Source: Lama glama
Lineage: Eukaryota
Assembly (NCBI GenBank): GCA_028534125.1
Contig: CM052832.1
Coordinates: 17,796,001 to 17,860,000 of the forward strand
Direction: 5' to 3'
DNA: 64,000 bases
Positions 1 to 13,799 of this stretch are shown piece by piece. The notes beneath the pieces are model-generated. The model saw only the letters and a program-made list of their open reading frames with translations. It searched no databases and was not told the DNA's origin. The position numbers and the translations under genes were made by a program. Numbering within the stretch: the stretch's first letter is position 1; each line of letters starts with the position of its first letter.

Positions 1-2399
1 TGCTGGAGCATAAGAATAAATAATAGTAATTGTTTCACACAACATTGTAATTTGGCTTAGAACAGGGAGGGAAGTTTTGTTAGTTTGTTTGCATTTCGTG
101 AGAGATTAATTCAGGCAGAAATTTGAATGAAGCTTGGAGAGGTTATTTTCCGAAGCTAGTACATAGCAGACTGAAGGTTAGAAAGCAAGACTGCTCTGCT
201 GTAAAATTTAAATTTTCAACAGACATAACAAATGTATGCAAAGTAGAATTGTAGACAGATAAATGGAATTAAGAAACGGAAGCTGAGTCAAATTTTTCTA
301 AGTGATATGATGATGAACAGTCCATGAGTGTTCAGAACACCCAAATTTCATTATGTCTTACAGAATAATTTTCAGAAAAGTGTTCTATATACCTTTATTC
401 TAAGCATTAGAGATAGGATGATTTGTGTGTCTGTCCAAGAAGCTTTTAATTCTCATAGGACTAATTAGAAGCATACAGATTCAACAATCTCTTCATAAGC
501 TGTTCAGTTATAAGATGATGAAGTTTGTTTAGGTCTTTGTTCCAGTCTTTAAGTGGCCAGCAGTAACTCCTGTTCCTGATGTTACTGAAGGGAAAAGGCT
601 ACTCTCAAATTATGGGTAGAAATTCAAAGTGTCACTAGAGTTTTAGAAATAAGTAGGACAGTAAATCTTGAAAATACACATATATCCATCAACCTAGCAA
701 TATCATGCATGGAAACCTATCCTATGGAACAAAATGATCAATATATGAAGACATAAGGCAAGAATTTTTATTGTAGCAATGTTTATAGTTGTGAAAGTTG
801 GAGAAAAAATTTACTCCCTCAATGGGGAATTGCCTGAATAATAATCTACTCTAGTGATTTTCCTGTGATATTGCTGAGTAAGGAAATGAAGATGCAAGAG
901 AGATTAAATAGCACGACCTTAACTATATAAAATAATGACTAAAGTGCTCTAAATATAATTTTATGTATTGTATGCCTATATAGGATTTTATGAAAATGAA
1001 GAAAAAGAAGGAAGGATATTTATTAAATGCTTAACATGGACAATCCGAAGAGAACAGAGGCATTTGTGAAAGAAGGAAAAGGCATCAAGTAAAACAAGAA
1101 AACAAAAAATTAAGACTTAATCCACCAAAAATAACATATACTATTTAAAAACTTCTCAAACTAATAGCAGTGCTTACCTCTGAGTGGGCATGAGGATGGG
1201 ATTAGTCAGGGGATAAATGATGTTTGTAATGTAGGTTTTCTTTTTTTTTTTTCCACAAGTTCTTATAATAGGTTATTTAAATAAAGAAAACAGTAGTTTA
1301 AAAGTAAAATAGAGGACCAAACAAATAAGAAAATATGAATAAAGTCTTTAGTTTGGTGAATAGACCAGGATAAGTAAACTCAAAATTTTCAGTAGTCCTT
1401 AAAGTGAAAAATTAAGAAATAATGCCCAGTTAACAAAGGCCTGGAAATAGGAAAGAATTTGCAGAGTTTAATAATAATAGTAATAATATCTCATTGGTAC
1501 TCACTGTCCTCACCAATGCCCTATAAAATAGCTACATTTTATCTTAATTTTGTTGATGTGGAAGCTGAGACATAGAGAAGTTAAACTTTCCTAAATTCAC
1601 AGAATATTTTAGGAAATCAGAGATACAGTATGAAATACACACTTTGGTTCATTTAAATTTAATTTCTCCTCCTTGGCTGGTGCCAACTTTCCCACCCTCC
1701 CCTTCTTACCCTCATTTCCCAGAAGGCTGCTTATTGGCATATCTCTGTCTTGCTTTGTAAGGAAAGGTCTCCCAGAATGTTAATTTACAGGATTATTTTC
1801 TGACCATCTAACAATTACTCTCTGAGAGAACGAAACAGGCATGGCCACAGAGTTCTTTTAGTGACAAGCCTTGCGGATTGAATTTCTCAGGGCTAGATCT
1901 CAGGAAGAACTTCCTATATAAGGAGGAACGAAGCACTGAGAGGGACAGACCTATAATAGGACATTAGGGAGCACCAAGTATTAAATACTGGAGAGACTAA
2001 GTGAAAATCTGAAGGCCTAGGGGTCAGAGGCAATTTTAAACTTGGAGATAATAAATTCAAAACTCCTTGCCCAGGGGATATAGGATCTGAAGAACAGCAT
2101 ATTAGAGAAAACAATGGAAGACCTTGGGCTACTGCCACAAATGTGTGTGGATATTTGTGTTTAAATTAATGGTGGCTGAGAACATGATGTCTAGATGGCA
2201 AAAACCAGTTTAACGTGTAAATGAAAGCAGGATATCCAAAGCTCTTTCTTAGTTTATATTTCCCTTTTGTAAGATGGACAGGCATGGGATATCATTAGGT
2301 TCAGCATGTAAAGCCTTATATTAAATTTGGAGCATCCTTGGATTAGATGGGTTCCTGTGAACTATTATGACTCATACAGATCTTCACATTTCATTTTCT

Positions 2400-2990
2400 A
2401 TTTGTTTGTTGCTGGTGTAAATATGATTGATTTTTGTTTACTGATTATTTTTCCAGTGACCTTGATAAACTCACTTAACTATTTTCATAGTTTCTACATA
2501 GACATTTTCAATATACACAATTATGTTATTCCAAAAAAATGACAAATATACTTCTTTCTTTCCATTCCGTATGCATTTTGTTTCTTTTTCTTGTTTATTA
2601 CACTAGCTAAGGTCATCAGTACAATGCTGAAAAGTGGTGATAATGAGCATCCTTGTTTCAATCAGTATTTCACCATTGTGTTTAACGCTTGCTGGAGGTT
2701 TCCTGTAGGTATACTTTATCAGCTTAAGGAAATTCCATTTTATTCTTAGTTTGCTAAGATTTTGAAACAATGAATGGGGATTGAAGTTTGTCATATGCTT
2801 TGACTGAATCTATAGGTTTTCCTTTCAATTAAAAAAAAGTGATAAATAGCACTGATTTTCAAATATTACACCACTCTATTCCTGTGATAAACTCCACATG
2901 GTTTTAATATGTCATGCTTTCTGTGCAGCACTATATTAAACTTGCTAATGACTATTTAGAATTTTTATATGTATTTTCATGAATTATAAA
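2400..2990 (-). mobile_element. Old L1 ORF2 fragment
   Basis: Antisense L1 phrases such as AGTGGTGATAATGAGCATCCTTGT and TTCCATTTTATTCTTAGTTTGCTAAG. Boundaries approximate. Confidence 0.7.
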
Positions 2991-5900
2991 ATTGTATCAG
3001 TTGTCTATTTTGAGAGTAACTATGTAAGAAATAATCACAATATCCCTGATGCATACAAAAAGAAAACTGTTCTTTTCTTTTAAGTTCCTGGGTCAGCTGG
3101 ATCTCAAATCTCATTCACGTGTCTATGGATAGTGCAATTTGATATGATAATTTTGCTGATGCTGGCTGGAGCCTCAGCTGAGAAAACTGGTCCAACCCGG
3201 CTCTATTCCATAGGTCTCATTCACTGGCTTTGTATCCTGAGCATGTTCTCAAAATTAAGTTGGAGGTTCATGAAAAAGTGCTGGATGCTTGCAAAGCCTC
3301 TGGACTTTTTATTGGCCAAAGCAAATCAGGAGACTAACCAGATTCAAAGAGGTCAGGAAATAGACTTCAGCTGACCTATTAGCAGCATTTTAAAGTTGAT
3401 CACTCATTCCTTCTGAAAACACTTTTTGCTCTTTTCTTCCAAGAAAACTGAAGCTTTTGATCTTCCTCCTACTCACCGAACTCTTCTTAATCCTCTTCTC
3501 CAGTTCCTTTGCATCTTTCTGACCTAAATATTGTGCTTGCTACTCCCTCTGCTGGGAGCCCTCTTCCCCAGATTTCTACCTTGCTTGCTTATCTCTATCA
3601 AGTCTTTGCTCAAATATATTTTCCAAGCTCTTCCTCGAATTTCTCCATTTAAAACTGGAGCCCTCCCATATTTCCTAGAACGTGTCCCTGTTATACTTAT
3701 CTTCACAACTCTTATAAATGTTACTATCATAAGTTTTCTTTTTAAAATTTGTCTGTTTTCTCTTTTATCCACTGGAATGTAGGCACAATGCAATGGCCAT
3801 TTTCTTGTGTGTTTTATTCTAGTACTCCCAGAACAATGCCTGACACAATATATATCTGCTGAATGAGTGAATGCGGAGAGCAAAATGTGAATATAGACAA
3901 AATATAAAATAGGTTAATTTATCTTCAGGATCTTTGTACTGCCTATCAAGACAACAAGATGGAAGATGATCTGATAATCTGATTAGTAAGCATTTATTGA
4001 GCTATCTTCTTATGGCTTTTAATTTAAAGTCACAGTGAGTATAAACACACACACATATACAAGCATGTATGTAATATTTATTTCTCTTAGAAGAAATTTA
4101 AGCACTTTAGCTAAGAGAAATAGAATTGTGAACAGTGGATTGCATCCTGATGCTCATTTCTACCCAAACCTCCATCTGCTCTATGTAAAAGGTCAGTCCA
4201 TAAGGAAGAAGCACAGATTAGTGAAGGGAAGAATCTACAGAGGATGAAAATGAAATGTTTCTGCTATTTTCATTATGGAGAATATCCTATTATTCCCAGG
4301 AAATGGCAGAACAGTTAGAATATATTTGATTATTCTAACCATAAGTAAGTAAACTAGGTAAACTTTTCAGACTACACTATAAATTAAGTAAATGGTGATG
4401 CTGAGCCATCATAATGTTATTAAGGACTAAGTGACCTTTTTTCCCCTCGAGATCCGATACATATTATGCCTTATAACCTCTAATTCGTGGTTCTAAAGTT
4501 TTTAGAGAAGAGTGCTATGAAAATTACCCCTTGTGGGGGGAAAAGGGAAGTTTTGAAAGGAACTTGTTGGGAATCCCATAGGGAGCTTCCAAAATCAGTA
4601 TGTCCACAGAGATTTATACTCTGTCTCAATCTCTTGCCCCTACTCCAAGGTATTATTGATTCTAATGTAATATGTATCTAAATAGCATAGAGATAAGATT
4701 AAAAAATATTGTAATCATTATTCAATAGGGACTGATTTGAAAAGGACTTTTCATTTATGTAGAAATGTATAGTATATTTTTATGCCAGTAGGACACATAC
4801 TATAAGTCATTTTTTAGTGGGAGAGATGAGAAATGCTAAGCTGCAAGTCTCCATATTCTGTACATGGGCTGCAGTAAACATAATCAGAGCTCAGCATCAC
4901 CTTTTACTTAGTTTATAAATTAAGAAGAATCAATATATTCTAATTTTTCTACCTTCTTATGTGAATAATCAAAACTAAACCCCAAACCCATTCTTACAAG
5001 CCCTAACTAATCTAAAATGCAAATCTAATCTATCTGGACAAAGCTCAAAAGTTAGTGCTCAAAAATAGGAAAATATACACATTATGTCTGAAAATGATAA
5101 GTTTTGAGAAAAATTTATTAGATATTTGGTATTTCTTTTGGGGCCTCTAGATTAACCTAAACTTTCTTAAATATTATGAAAGGGCTTAAATGAGAAATTG
5201 TTAACTCCAGTTCCTAATGATAACACAGTCAATACTCCCAAAATTTGGAATACTTATTCACTTGCAGAAATTCCAACATAATATATGTTTTCCTAGGTGA
5301 TGAGATGGGATTCATCCAATTTATAATATTTCAGGTCTGAAGAAACATGTCTGCCTTTAAGATTCATTCATTTAATGCACATCATTTAATTGTTGTAACT
5401 AGTGAGGTACTGTAGTCATTAGTGTAAATATGAAAAATTCAACATCCAGAGAATAATCAATCATAAATATTCCAACAGTTCCCCAGAGTTCATCTCATTC
5501 TTCTCTACCTCTATCCAAGTTTATCCTGATAACATGTGGAAAAAATAGAGATTAATAATCTTCAAATGTTTTAAGCAAGAAGACCCTTAGTCTTCTTTGG
5601 TCATTAATAAAGCATGAACAAATATTGAATATGAACAATAAATTCTTCCTTCTCTATAAAGCAAATGCATCGTGGTCTTGCTTTGTATTTTTTTTTTTCT
5701 TTATTCTCTGTTGCCTCAGAAAGTCAAACATAAATACCATTAAACTGAATTATATAAATAATTCAAAATATGCAGGAGCCACATGTAAGTTATACTGTTG
5801 AAGATACTAAAGTGCTAGAAAACTGAATAATTTATACTGCCTCTCATTCAGCCATTTGGCACTATAAAAGCTCATTTGAACTTCCTAGATAAAATAAGTA

Positions 5901-6282
5901 TTTTTCTTCACCACTTGTTAAGTTCATTCTTTTCATATATGTTGAGGAGCTATTAAGTAAAAATCATTGTGATGGAAGCTAGAATAGGTACAAAATGCCT
6001 CGTGTCTACATTCATGGCTAGTATTTTGCAAGCATAGGTCACTGTTTGATCCTAGATTAGAGCCCTCCTAGTGATGAATACTTGACTTACACGGACTTGA
6101 GAGGAGTACAAGTGACTGTCAACTCAGGAATATTGTGTTTTCTCAACTTAGCTAAACCATTGAATTCCCCATCTCAGTAAGTGCCTCTTTAGTCTGTAAT
6201 GTCAGAATATTCCTTTATTTGCTAGTTCTAACAACGTGTATAGAAGTTGGGTCAAAAGACAATCCCCAAATCTGATGACTTT

Positions 6283-7224
6283 TTACTGTACTTCTGCACC
6301 CTCTTTCCCTAGTACCTTCTTCATGGCCTCTTTAACATCTTTGTTTCTCAGTGTATAAATCAGGGGGTTAACACTGGGAGTGACAATTGTATAGAAAAGA
6401 GTAAGGAACTTGCCCTGGTCCTGAGAATTAGTGTTTGCTGGCTGGAGGTACATGTATATGATCATACCATAGAAGAGAGAGACAACAATGAGGTGGGAGC
6501 TACAGGTGTTGAAGGCTTTCTTTCGTCCAGCAGCTGACTTGATCCTAAGTACAGCTTGTACAATGTAACCATAAGAGATGAGGATGAGGATGAGTGGTGC
6601 CAAGATGATAAAGATTGCCAAGGCAAATGCTAATGCCTCAAGGGTCATGGTATCTACACAGGCCATGCCAATTAGTGCTGGCATCTCACAGAGAAAGTGG
6701 TCTACCCGCCTGTGCCCACAGCGAGGTAGCATCAACGTCTGGGGTGCCATTATGAGAGAATTGCCAAAGCCACTCAACCATGCCACTGAAGCCAGCTGCC
6801 CACAGAGACGTGGGTGCATGATGACAGTGTAGTGCAGAGGTTTGCAGACTGCAGCATAGCGGTCATATGCCATGACAGCCAGGAGGACACACTCCACTCC
6901 TCCCAGAGCCAGGACGAAGTAGAGCTGAATGGCACAACCGAGATAGCTGATGGTCTTATCTGGACCGCCAAGGTTGTAGAGCATCTGAGGGATGGAACCT
7001 GTGGTGAAACACATGTCTAGGAATGAGAGGTTTGCCAAAAAGAAATACATTGGTGTGTGTAGCCGGGAATCGAGAACTGAAAGCAAGATGATGGTCATGT
7101 TGCCAAGAAGAGTCAGCAGATAAAAAGTGAGGACAACCACAAAGAGGATCAGCTCTAGGTGGGGACGATCAGAGAAGCCCACGAGGATGAATCTTTCAAA
7201 AGAACTTGTGTTGTCCTTTTCCAT
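6283..7224 (-). CDS. OR2W6: Olfactory receptor, family 2 subfamily W (OR2W6-like), intact 313 aa
   Basis: Single-exon ORF with OR motifs [38 protein letters not shown] and [13 protein letters not shown], plus N-glycosylation site NTS. The ORF track starts at a GTG (7227); the first ATG is at 7224. A candidate splice acceptor (ctctctcctaacAG, minus strand) lies at 7245-7258. Name from recalled similarity to human OR2W6P and synteny. Confidence 0.9.
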   Translation of the reverse strand: MEKDNTSSFERFILVGFSDRPHLELILFVVVLTFYLLTLLGNMTIILLSVLDSRLHTPMYFFLANLSFLDMCFTTGSIPQMLYNLGGPDKTISYLGCAIQLYFVLALGGVECVLLAVMAYDRYAAVCKPLHYTVIMHPRLCGQLASVAWLSGFGNSLIMAPQTLMLPRCGHRRVDHFLCEMPALIGMACVDTMTLEALAFALAIFIILAPLILILISYGYIVQAVLRIKSAAGRKKAFNTCSSHLIVVSLFYGMIIYMYLQPANTNSQDQGKFLTLFYTIVTPSVNPLIYTLRNKDVKEAMKKVLGKEGAEVQ

Positions 7225-10200
7225 CACCTGTGACCATATATTACCTGTTAGGAGAGAGGTGAGTATCTGTGAAGAGTGTAGATATATTCCCTCAAAATAG
7301 AACGACTAGTAAAATGGTAGAAGGGGAACTTCTTTGGAAATGCTGGATGCTTGACCCAGAATTTCAATAGGTGTTAGTCATTATTAGGTCTGAAGAGCAG
7401 AGTATTTGAGAATCTGTGATTTTCCCCCCCAATATTTTGCATCGTTGTTTTCAGTTTCACAGGAGGTAAAATATTACTTTCAAAGCTGATTATATTTTAC
7501 AAGAAAATGAACACTCAAAGTCATTTCCTTTTTTTTTTTTTAAATAGGGAAGCACTGAATTCTTCTAATCATATGTAAACAGTGGATAGGAATAGTGACT
7601 TATGTCTCTGGATCAGAGAACCTGGCTTGCTATTAGGTGAAATCTCATTCTAAATATGTTCTCATTAATATTGGTAATCCTAGAGTCATATCCAGACTCA
7701 AGGGAGTTCAAGTGATCAAGCAAAATCTTAGGGAGAAGATGATCTCATTATTGTTTATAGTTACACTGTTGATTCCATTTGTTCTATTTACTGGAGCAGG
7801 ATCCTAATATATCCCCTCCTTCTCTACCCAGCCCTATCCTAAACCTCTATGATAAAATTATGTTTCACATCACCTAGGTGTAATATACTCCTGGGTGGCT
7901 TTTCTGAAGTTGGGAATACTTTCCTGTAAAGATGAAAAAGATAGAAAAAAGCAACTATTAGAACTCAATCCAAATGGGACTAATATTCAAAGTTCTTTCA
8001 ATACCTTTGCTTTGCCTCTTATTCACATTTTATTTTCAAAAAGAACTCCACTTCCAGGAATCCTACATTGATTATTTTATTTATCTGCATCTTATGGTCC
8101 CATAGAACTAAATGATTTTATACCTTCTGTGATACTTTGTACTCTCAATTATCTGGCAGTGGTTTTATGTCTTAGGGTGAGTGTATTGCCTAATGTAAAG
8201 CTAACTAAGGGCAAGTTTCATTCTAATACTTCTGCATGTTTTCCTGAGCAGTTAGTAAGAATTAATAGAATTATGACTCTTATTAAAAGGGAATGCATTA
8301 TATCTCTCAGGTACATTGGGGCACAAAATAAAGTTCAAATCTACTGCTCTGAGAATACTTTGCCATAACTAAACCATGTTGTGGCATGTGTTCCCAACAA
8401 CAGCTTTAAAATTTTGTACATTAAAACTCTGACACTTATTGGAAATTCTAAGATTGTCAAAGCCATCACTCTAGAGGCTGCAACAAGCTTCTATGGTGGT
8501 GACGAATGGATGTGATAATATCTAGGTGTATAGAGAATCCACTGATTGGATAACTGAGAACCAACACTTATAATCAAGACAGCATTAAGGGCTTTCCTCC
8601 ACCTCTTGTAAAATGGAAATTTAAAGTATATATACATATTATACAATAGTTAAGAAAAAACATATATATACAAACGAACTTAGAAGGTACTGATGATAGT
8701 GGATGTCTCTGGAGAAGAAACTAGATCAAAACCTGTGACTTTCTCTATGTTTATAATGGCTTATTTCTTTACAAATAGCTAGAAGGAAGTATGACCATAA
8801 GGAATAGCTATTAATTCTGAATGGTGAAGTATGTGTATTTTTTCTGCTAGTCTTTATAAGTTTCTATATGCTTAAATTATATTAAAATATCTCAAAATAC
8901 AAAAGAAAAAATAAAATAATAATATGAATACAAACCATTTAAATATTAATGTAACTAATATTTATGGATCTCATGAGCTAGGCACTAATGTCGACCGTTT
9001 GACATAGTTTACCTCATTTTATTCTCAACGTAGCCCCAGGAGGTCAGCAGTTTAATTATTCAACATACAAATTAAGCCACTGAGGCCAAGGGAATAATGA
9101 AACAAACTTCCCCAGATCACAAAGCTGGTACATGGAACTGACTGAGACTCTGGCAATTTTACTCCAGATATGACTCCACTAATCTTGAATCTAACTGTAG
9201 AGTTAAGAAAAACAACAATTATACAAATCTGTATATGAAGAAAATAAATAAGTTGTAAAACTGAGATTGTAACTATTTATTCTGATTTGTTGCACAAACT
9301 TTAATATATTTTATTACTTATAAATTGAGTAAGGCAGGTAGCTTTCATGGTAGTATAAGCAAAGATAAACAAGTCATATTTTTATTCAGAAAATGAGAAA
9401 TACAGTTAAGATTTGCCTGCCAGGATGTGTTAATTCTGTATACATTGGGCACAGAAACAGAGTGAGCCTCAGCCTGGAGTCATCTGGCCCTACTGGAAGG
9501 GAATGTAGGGTGACTGTGATGGACAGTGACTGTCTCATTCCACAGTTAACATACTCTGAATTTTCCCTCTGTCTGTGTAAGTATTTGTTTGTATGTGTGT
9601 ATGTGAAAGTTTTTCAACTATAGAGTACAAACCCAAATTATTTTATTTTTCTTGTTTCTCAAATCAACCAAATGTCCCACAAAGGAAGAGAGTATTCAAC
9701 TAAAATTATTCTAATGAATTTTTCATTCTGATACAAAGCTTTTCTGGTGGTTAAACCATCCATCCATTGTCTGCCTTTCTCCTCATATTATCACATCAAT
9801 ATTTAATCACTGCTCTTGTTTACCAAGCCTTCCTTTTGTGAGGGCTACATTCTTGCCTTTCTGAACTTTAAAGAACTAAATAACTTACCAGATTTGACTG
9901 CAACCTCAGTAATGCCATGTCCACAGTTCCTTCTCCTTCTTAGGCCTTCACTTGGAAGTCCAAGTGAGATGACTAGAGTGAAAACAAGTAGAAGAGAAGG
10001 ATGACATGTAGGAAATCTATGAGAAGGGAAGAAGATAAAGAGGCAACAGTTCCCAGCAGAGATGAATCTGAATGAAGAGAGAATGTTGATGAGCACACAA
10101 TAGTTAAACCACGTGAGGACCCCAAATATCCACATACCCTCTTCCACCCTAGATACAGAGACAGATAAGGAGCACGCTGAAGGAAGCTGGGGGTATCTCT

Positions 10201-10413
10201 GGTGCACATTCAGCACAGGGAACACTTAAAGACCAAAGGATTCACGTGTGAAAAAGAACTTTATATGAGTTTTAGAGCTGATATGGGATTAAATATTTCC
10301 TTCCCTGCCTCCCCCTACGGAGTAAAACTTTTTCAAAAATTCCCTGAACTGATTATCTCTAACAGGGGTTGGGAAAGCATATGATATTCTCAGAGGAAGT
10401 ATCACTCTTACCA

Positions 10414-10441
10414 ACACACAGACACACACATACACAAACTA

Positions 10442-10496
<55 letters not shown>
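10414..10496. repeat. Compound (CA)n/(CT)n microsatellite
   Basis: Directly visible dinucleotide runs. Confidence 0.95.
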
Positions 10497-12105
10497 TTAC
10501 AGATTCATCCAGGAGAGAGACTCAGAGAGAGCACCAAATCTTCCTCACTGGGTCTCATCAAGACCACTAGTTGGTGATAAGCATTAAGGAATGGAATGTG
10601 GCCACCTCATACTCAATTCAGAATAGAACCTAGAATCAATGAAAACATGTGCAAGGATCTACCACTTGTTTAGGGCATAATGTGCAGAGAAGTACTAGTA
10701 TTCATATTCCTTTACTGTTTGTTTATTTAAGGCTAATTTTCCATGCAACTTTAGGGTCCAAAATAATAAAGATTAACTTGAAAAAAGAGAGATTAATTTT
10801 GACATTTAAAATTAATACAAAAACAAAAACAGGCCAAAAAATTAAAATAATTTCATTTCAATTTGCTTGGTTTGGTGTAAAATTATTAAAACTATCTCAA
10901 GAAAGTTACTATCTATATTACTGACAAATGACTTCAGCTGAATAATTAGAAATAAATGAGCATATTTTAGTTAAAAAAAGAATAATAGTATATATGTGGT
11001 ATTTCAGATGACTGTCTCTTACAATCGTAAGGTGAACAATACAGAAACAACTACATCTCAAAAGCATGTTTTCTATATTTAGCTGTCAAAAGCTTCTATG
11101 GGAGATAAATCTCACATTTCACCTCTACAACTAGAGATTTTAATTGCTATACATGAGGTACTTGTAGTATGTGCTTTGTACATTTAAATGTGCTTTGTAC
11201 ATTTAAAATATTTTTAGATTTTAATAACCATTATTATTAGTATCCCATGGCCAATGAACTTCAGTTACCATTTCTGTATACTTCTGTCAAGTAAAAACAG
11301 AACGTATCTGGTCATTATCATGTCAAATACTATGCTTTAAATGTAAAAATTATTCATGTCATATAATATAATCTTAATATACTAATTATATTAGTAGAGA
11401 TGGAATATACTAGCTATAAACAATGATAATATTATTTCCATTAATTTATAAAAAAATGGCATACAATGACTTTTGTCTGTCAACAAATATTGAAATACAT
11501 AGATGAGCAATCAGAAATAATCAGTATTAATTCTTTATTGCAGCAAACTTCTTGGCACAGTGGATGAGCCATTCCCTTGAGAGTTGCTTCTTATACTTAC
11601 ATTAAGTTATTAGCCTATATTACCATATCAACCTAATATTTTTTCATGGAAGCTAGGCAGCAATACCTAGAGAATTTAATGCTCTCAAGAATTTCCTATC
11701 TGAAATAATAAGCCCCTCTGAGAAATGAAGGAGATGAGAGCCTCATGGAGTACTTAACTCAATGAAGAATGTGGAATTGTTAGTCAAAGAAGCTTGAAAA
11801 GCAATTAAACATTTTTTTTTGTTATCTCACTTCTATCCTTTTTCCTCACACCTGCCCATCACCAACCCTAACCCATTACAAATACCTTTAAACTTGTAAC
11901 TGTTGGAAATACCATAGTTATACAAACCAATTTTCTATGAAATAAAATAATACAATCCAAAGTTACAAGTGATAACAAGAGATACTTCCCAGTTGTGATA
12001 TGACATCATAGAATGTTATCAGAGAAAGAAATGACATTTTTTTTCTTGTTTTGTCAAAATGTAATAATACTATGTATCACTAAGGGATATAACATTTTGC
12101 ATTTC

Positions 12106-12207
12106 TTTTTTTTTTTAATTGAAGGACAGTCAGTTACAATGTATCAATTTCTAGTGCACAGCACAATGTCCCAGCCATACATATATATACATACATTCAT
12201 TTTCATA
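12106..12207 (-). mobile_element. Short L1 3' end fragment
   Basis: T-run then AATTGAAGGACAGTCAGTTACAATGT, homologous to the start of the 43444 copy. Confidence 0.7.
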
Positions 12208-13650
12208 AGAAATGACATTTATAAGTCTATGTCAGTCATCTCTTCCATCAAATGCAATTACCTTCAGACAAATTCTCTTTTACTGTAATTTAATCTGTTA
12301 TCATTGTAGCTTTTGTGGAAGTGAATAACAGATTATTTATCAAATTTTATAGCTTGTATTCATAAAATTTGATGTCAAATGTTCATCACTTCTTTAAACT
12401 TTATTTCACAAACCTGCTGTCTTGATTTTCACCTCTTTGTGATTTTTCCAGTCTGTAAGTCTTAAAATATTGCAATTTTCCTGAGCCATCTCTTTCCCTG
12501 AATGCTCATATTCAGTAAGTTTCTAAGCCTAACCATAACATGTCTTTCATACCTCATTTTTATTTCCACTTCTCTTGCCCTAGCCCAGTACCTCATTAAC
12601 TCTTGCCAGATTTTTTTTACAAGAGCCTGTTCATTAGTTAGTCTCTAGAATCTTGCTGCTTAAAGTCATCTTTCACTTCACTGCAGAAGGAGCCTTTCCA
12701 AAATATAGGTGTTGCATTGCCAGTACTGAAAGTCCTGAAGTGACTCATTGCCTAGAGAAATATACATAGATTTCTGAGTATTGATGCTGGTTCTGGACAA
12801 ATTTACATTTCCAGCTCTATCTAAAACAGCTTCTGTTTCTTTATACTCCAAGTGCATTCAACTACTCACTATTTTCCATAAAAAATGGAAAGTTGAATTA
12901 TCTCTGGAAAATAATTTGGAGTAAAAGGGAGGGAGAATAGCCTTTGAAGATAGATTGGCTCAAACTCCAGCTGAGAACAATCAATGCAGGCTTAAAGCCT
13001 AGAAAGCCTCAATTACTATCACTGGGAAGAAAAATTACCTTGAAGAGCTTTTGTAAAAGTTAAATAAGTTAAGAAATATTAAATAGTGAGCATTGTCCCT
13101 GACATAAAGTAGATCTTTAATAATTGTGATTTCTAACTATGTGCCTTCTTGCTTATCACATTCTCTCAGAAGGGAATATTCATTCTATTAAAAAGAATAC
13201 TAAAGTAATCAAGACTCTGTTGAAATATTCTTCCTGGAAAATACTCTCATTCCTCTTTGTTATATTTGGCTGTTCTTTCATCTGAATTCCAGAAGCTCAT
13301 TATTTGCAGTTCTGTCACACTCTTAATGCACTTATTACACTCTATCTTGGATTTTAGTTAATTTTTTTTAACTTTAAAAGATGGATTATTAGGAGAGAAT
13401 TCTTAATTAAGTGAAGAAAATAGAGGAAATGAAAAAATTTAGAGGGGTTTAGCAAAATGAAAGAATTAAAATGTTTATTGTGATTCGTATGTGAGGGGAT
13501 ATGGTAGTAAAATTAGAGGACAGTAAAGTGGAAGAAAAAGAAACCCTTATGTGATCTACTTAAAGGGTATCCTGAAGAAACCCCTTGGTTGAAAATAATG
13601 TCATCTTGTGCTCTGTTGTCCATTCACACAAAGTCAAGTGTACACATGAA

Positions 13651-13777
13651 GGGGGTGGGTATAGCTCAGTGGTAGAGTGTATGCTTAGCATGCACAAGGT
13701 CCTGGGTTCAATCCCCAGTACCTCCATATAAATAAATAAATACAAACCTAATTGCCTCCCCCCAAACAGACAAAAAT
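13651..13777 (+). mobile_element. tRNA-derived SINE (camelid Vic-1-like)
   Basis: GGGTATAGCTCAGTGGTAGAG (A box) and GGTTCAATCCC (B box), then an AT-rich linker and C-rich tail; related copies at 24.6 kb and 43.0 kb. Confidence 0.85.
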
Positions 13778-13799
13778 TACTACACATGGAAAGACGCAA

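Noticed and set aside
11169..11207. Short direct duplications (19 bp x2 here; about 21 bp x2 at 44811-44851)
   Set aside because: Ordinary slippage duplications, not spacer-containing arrays. There is no CRISPR-like structure in this eukaryotic window.
13651..13725. Additional tRNA genes at 13.65, 24.6 and 43.0 kb
   Set aside because: Diverged tRNA-like heads with A-rich tails and poor acceptor stems; they are SINEs.
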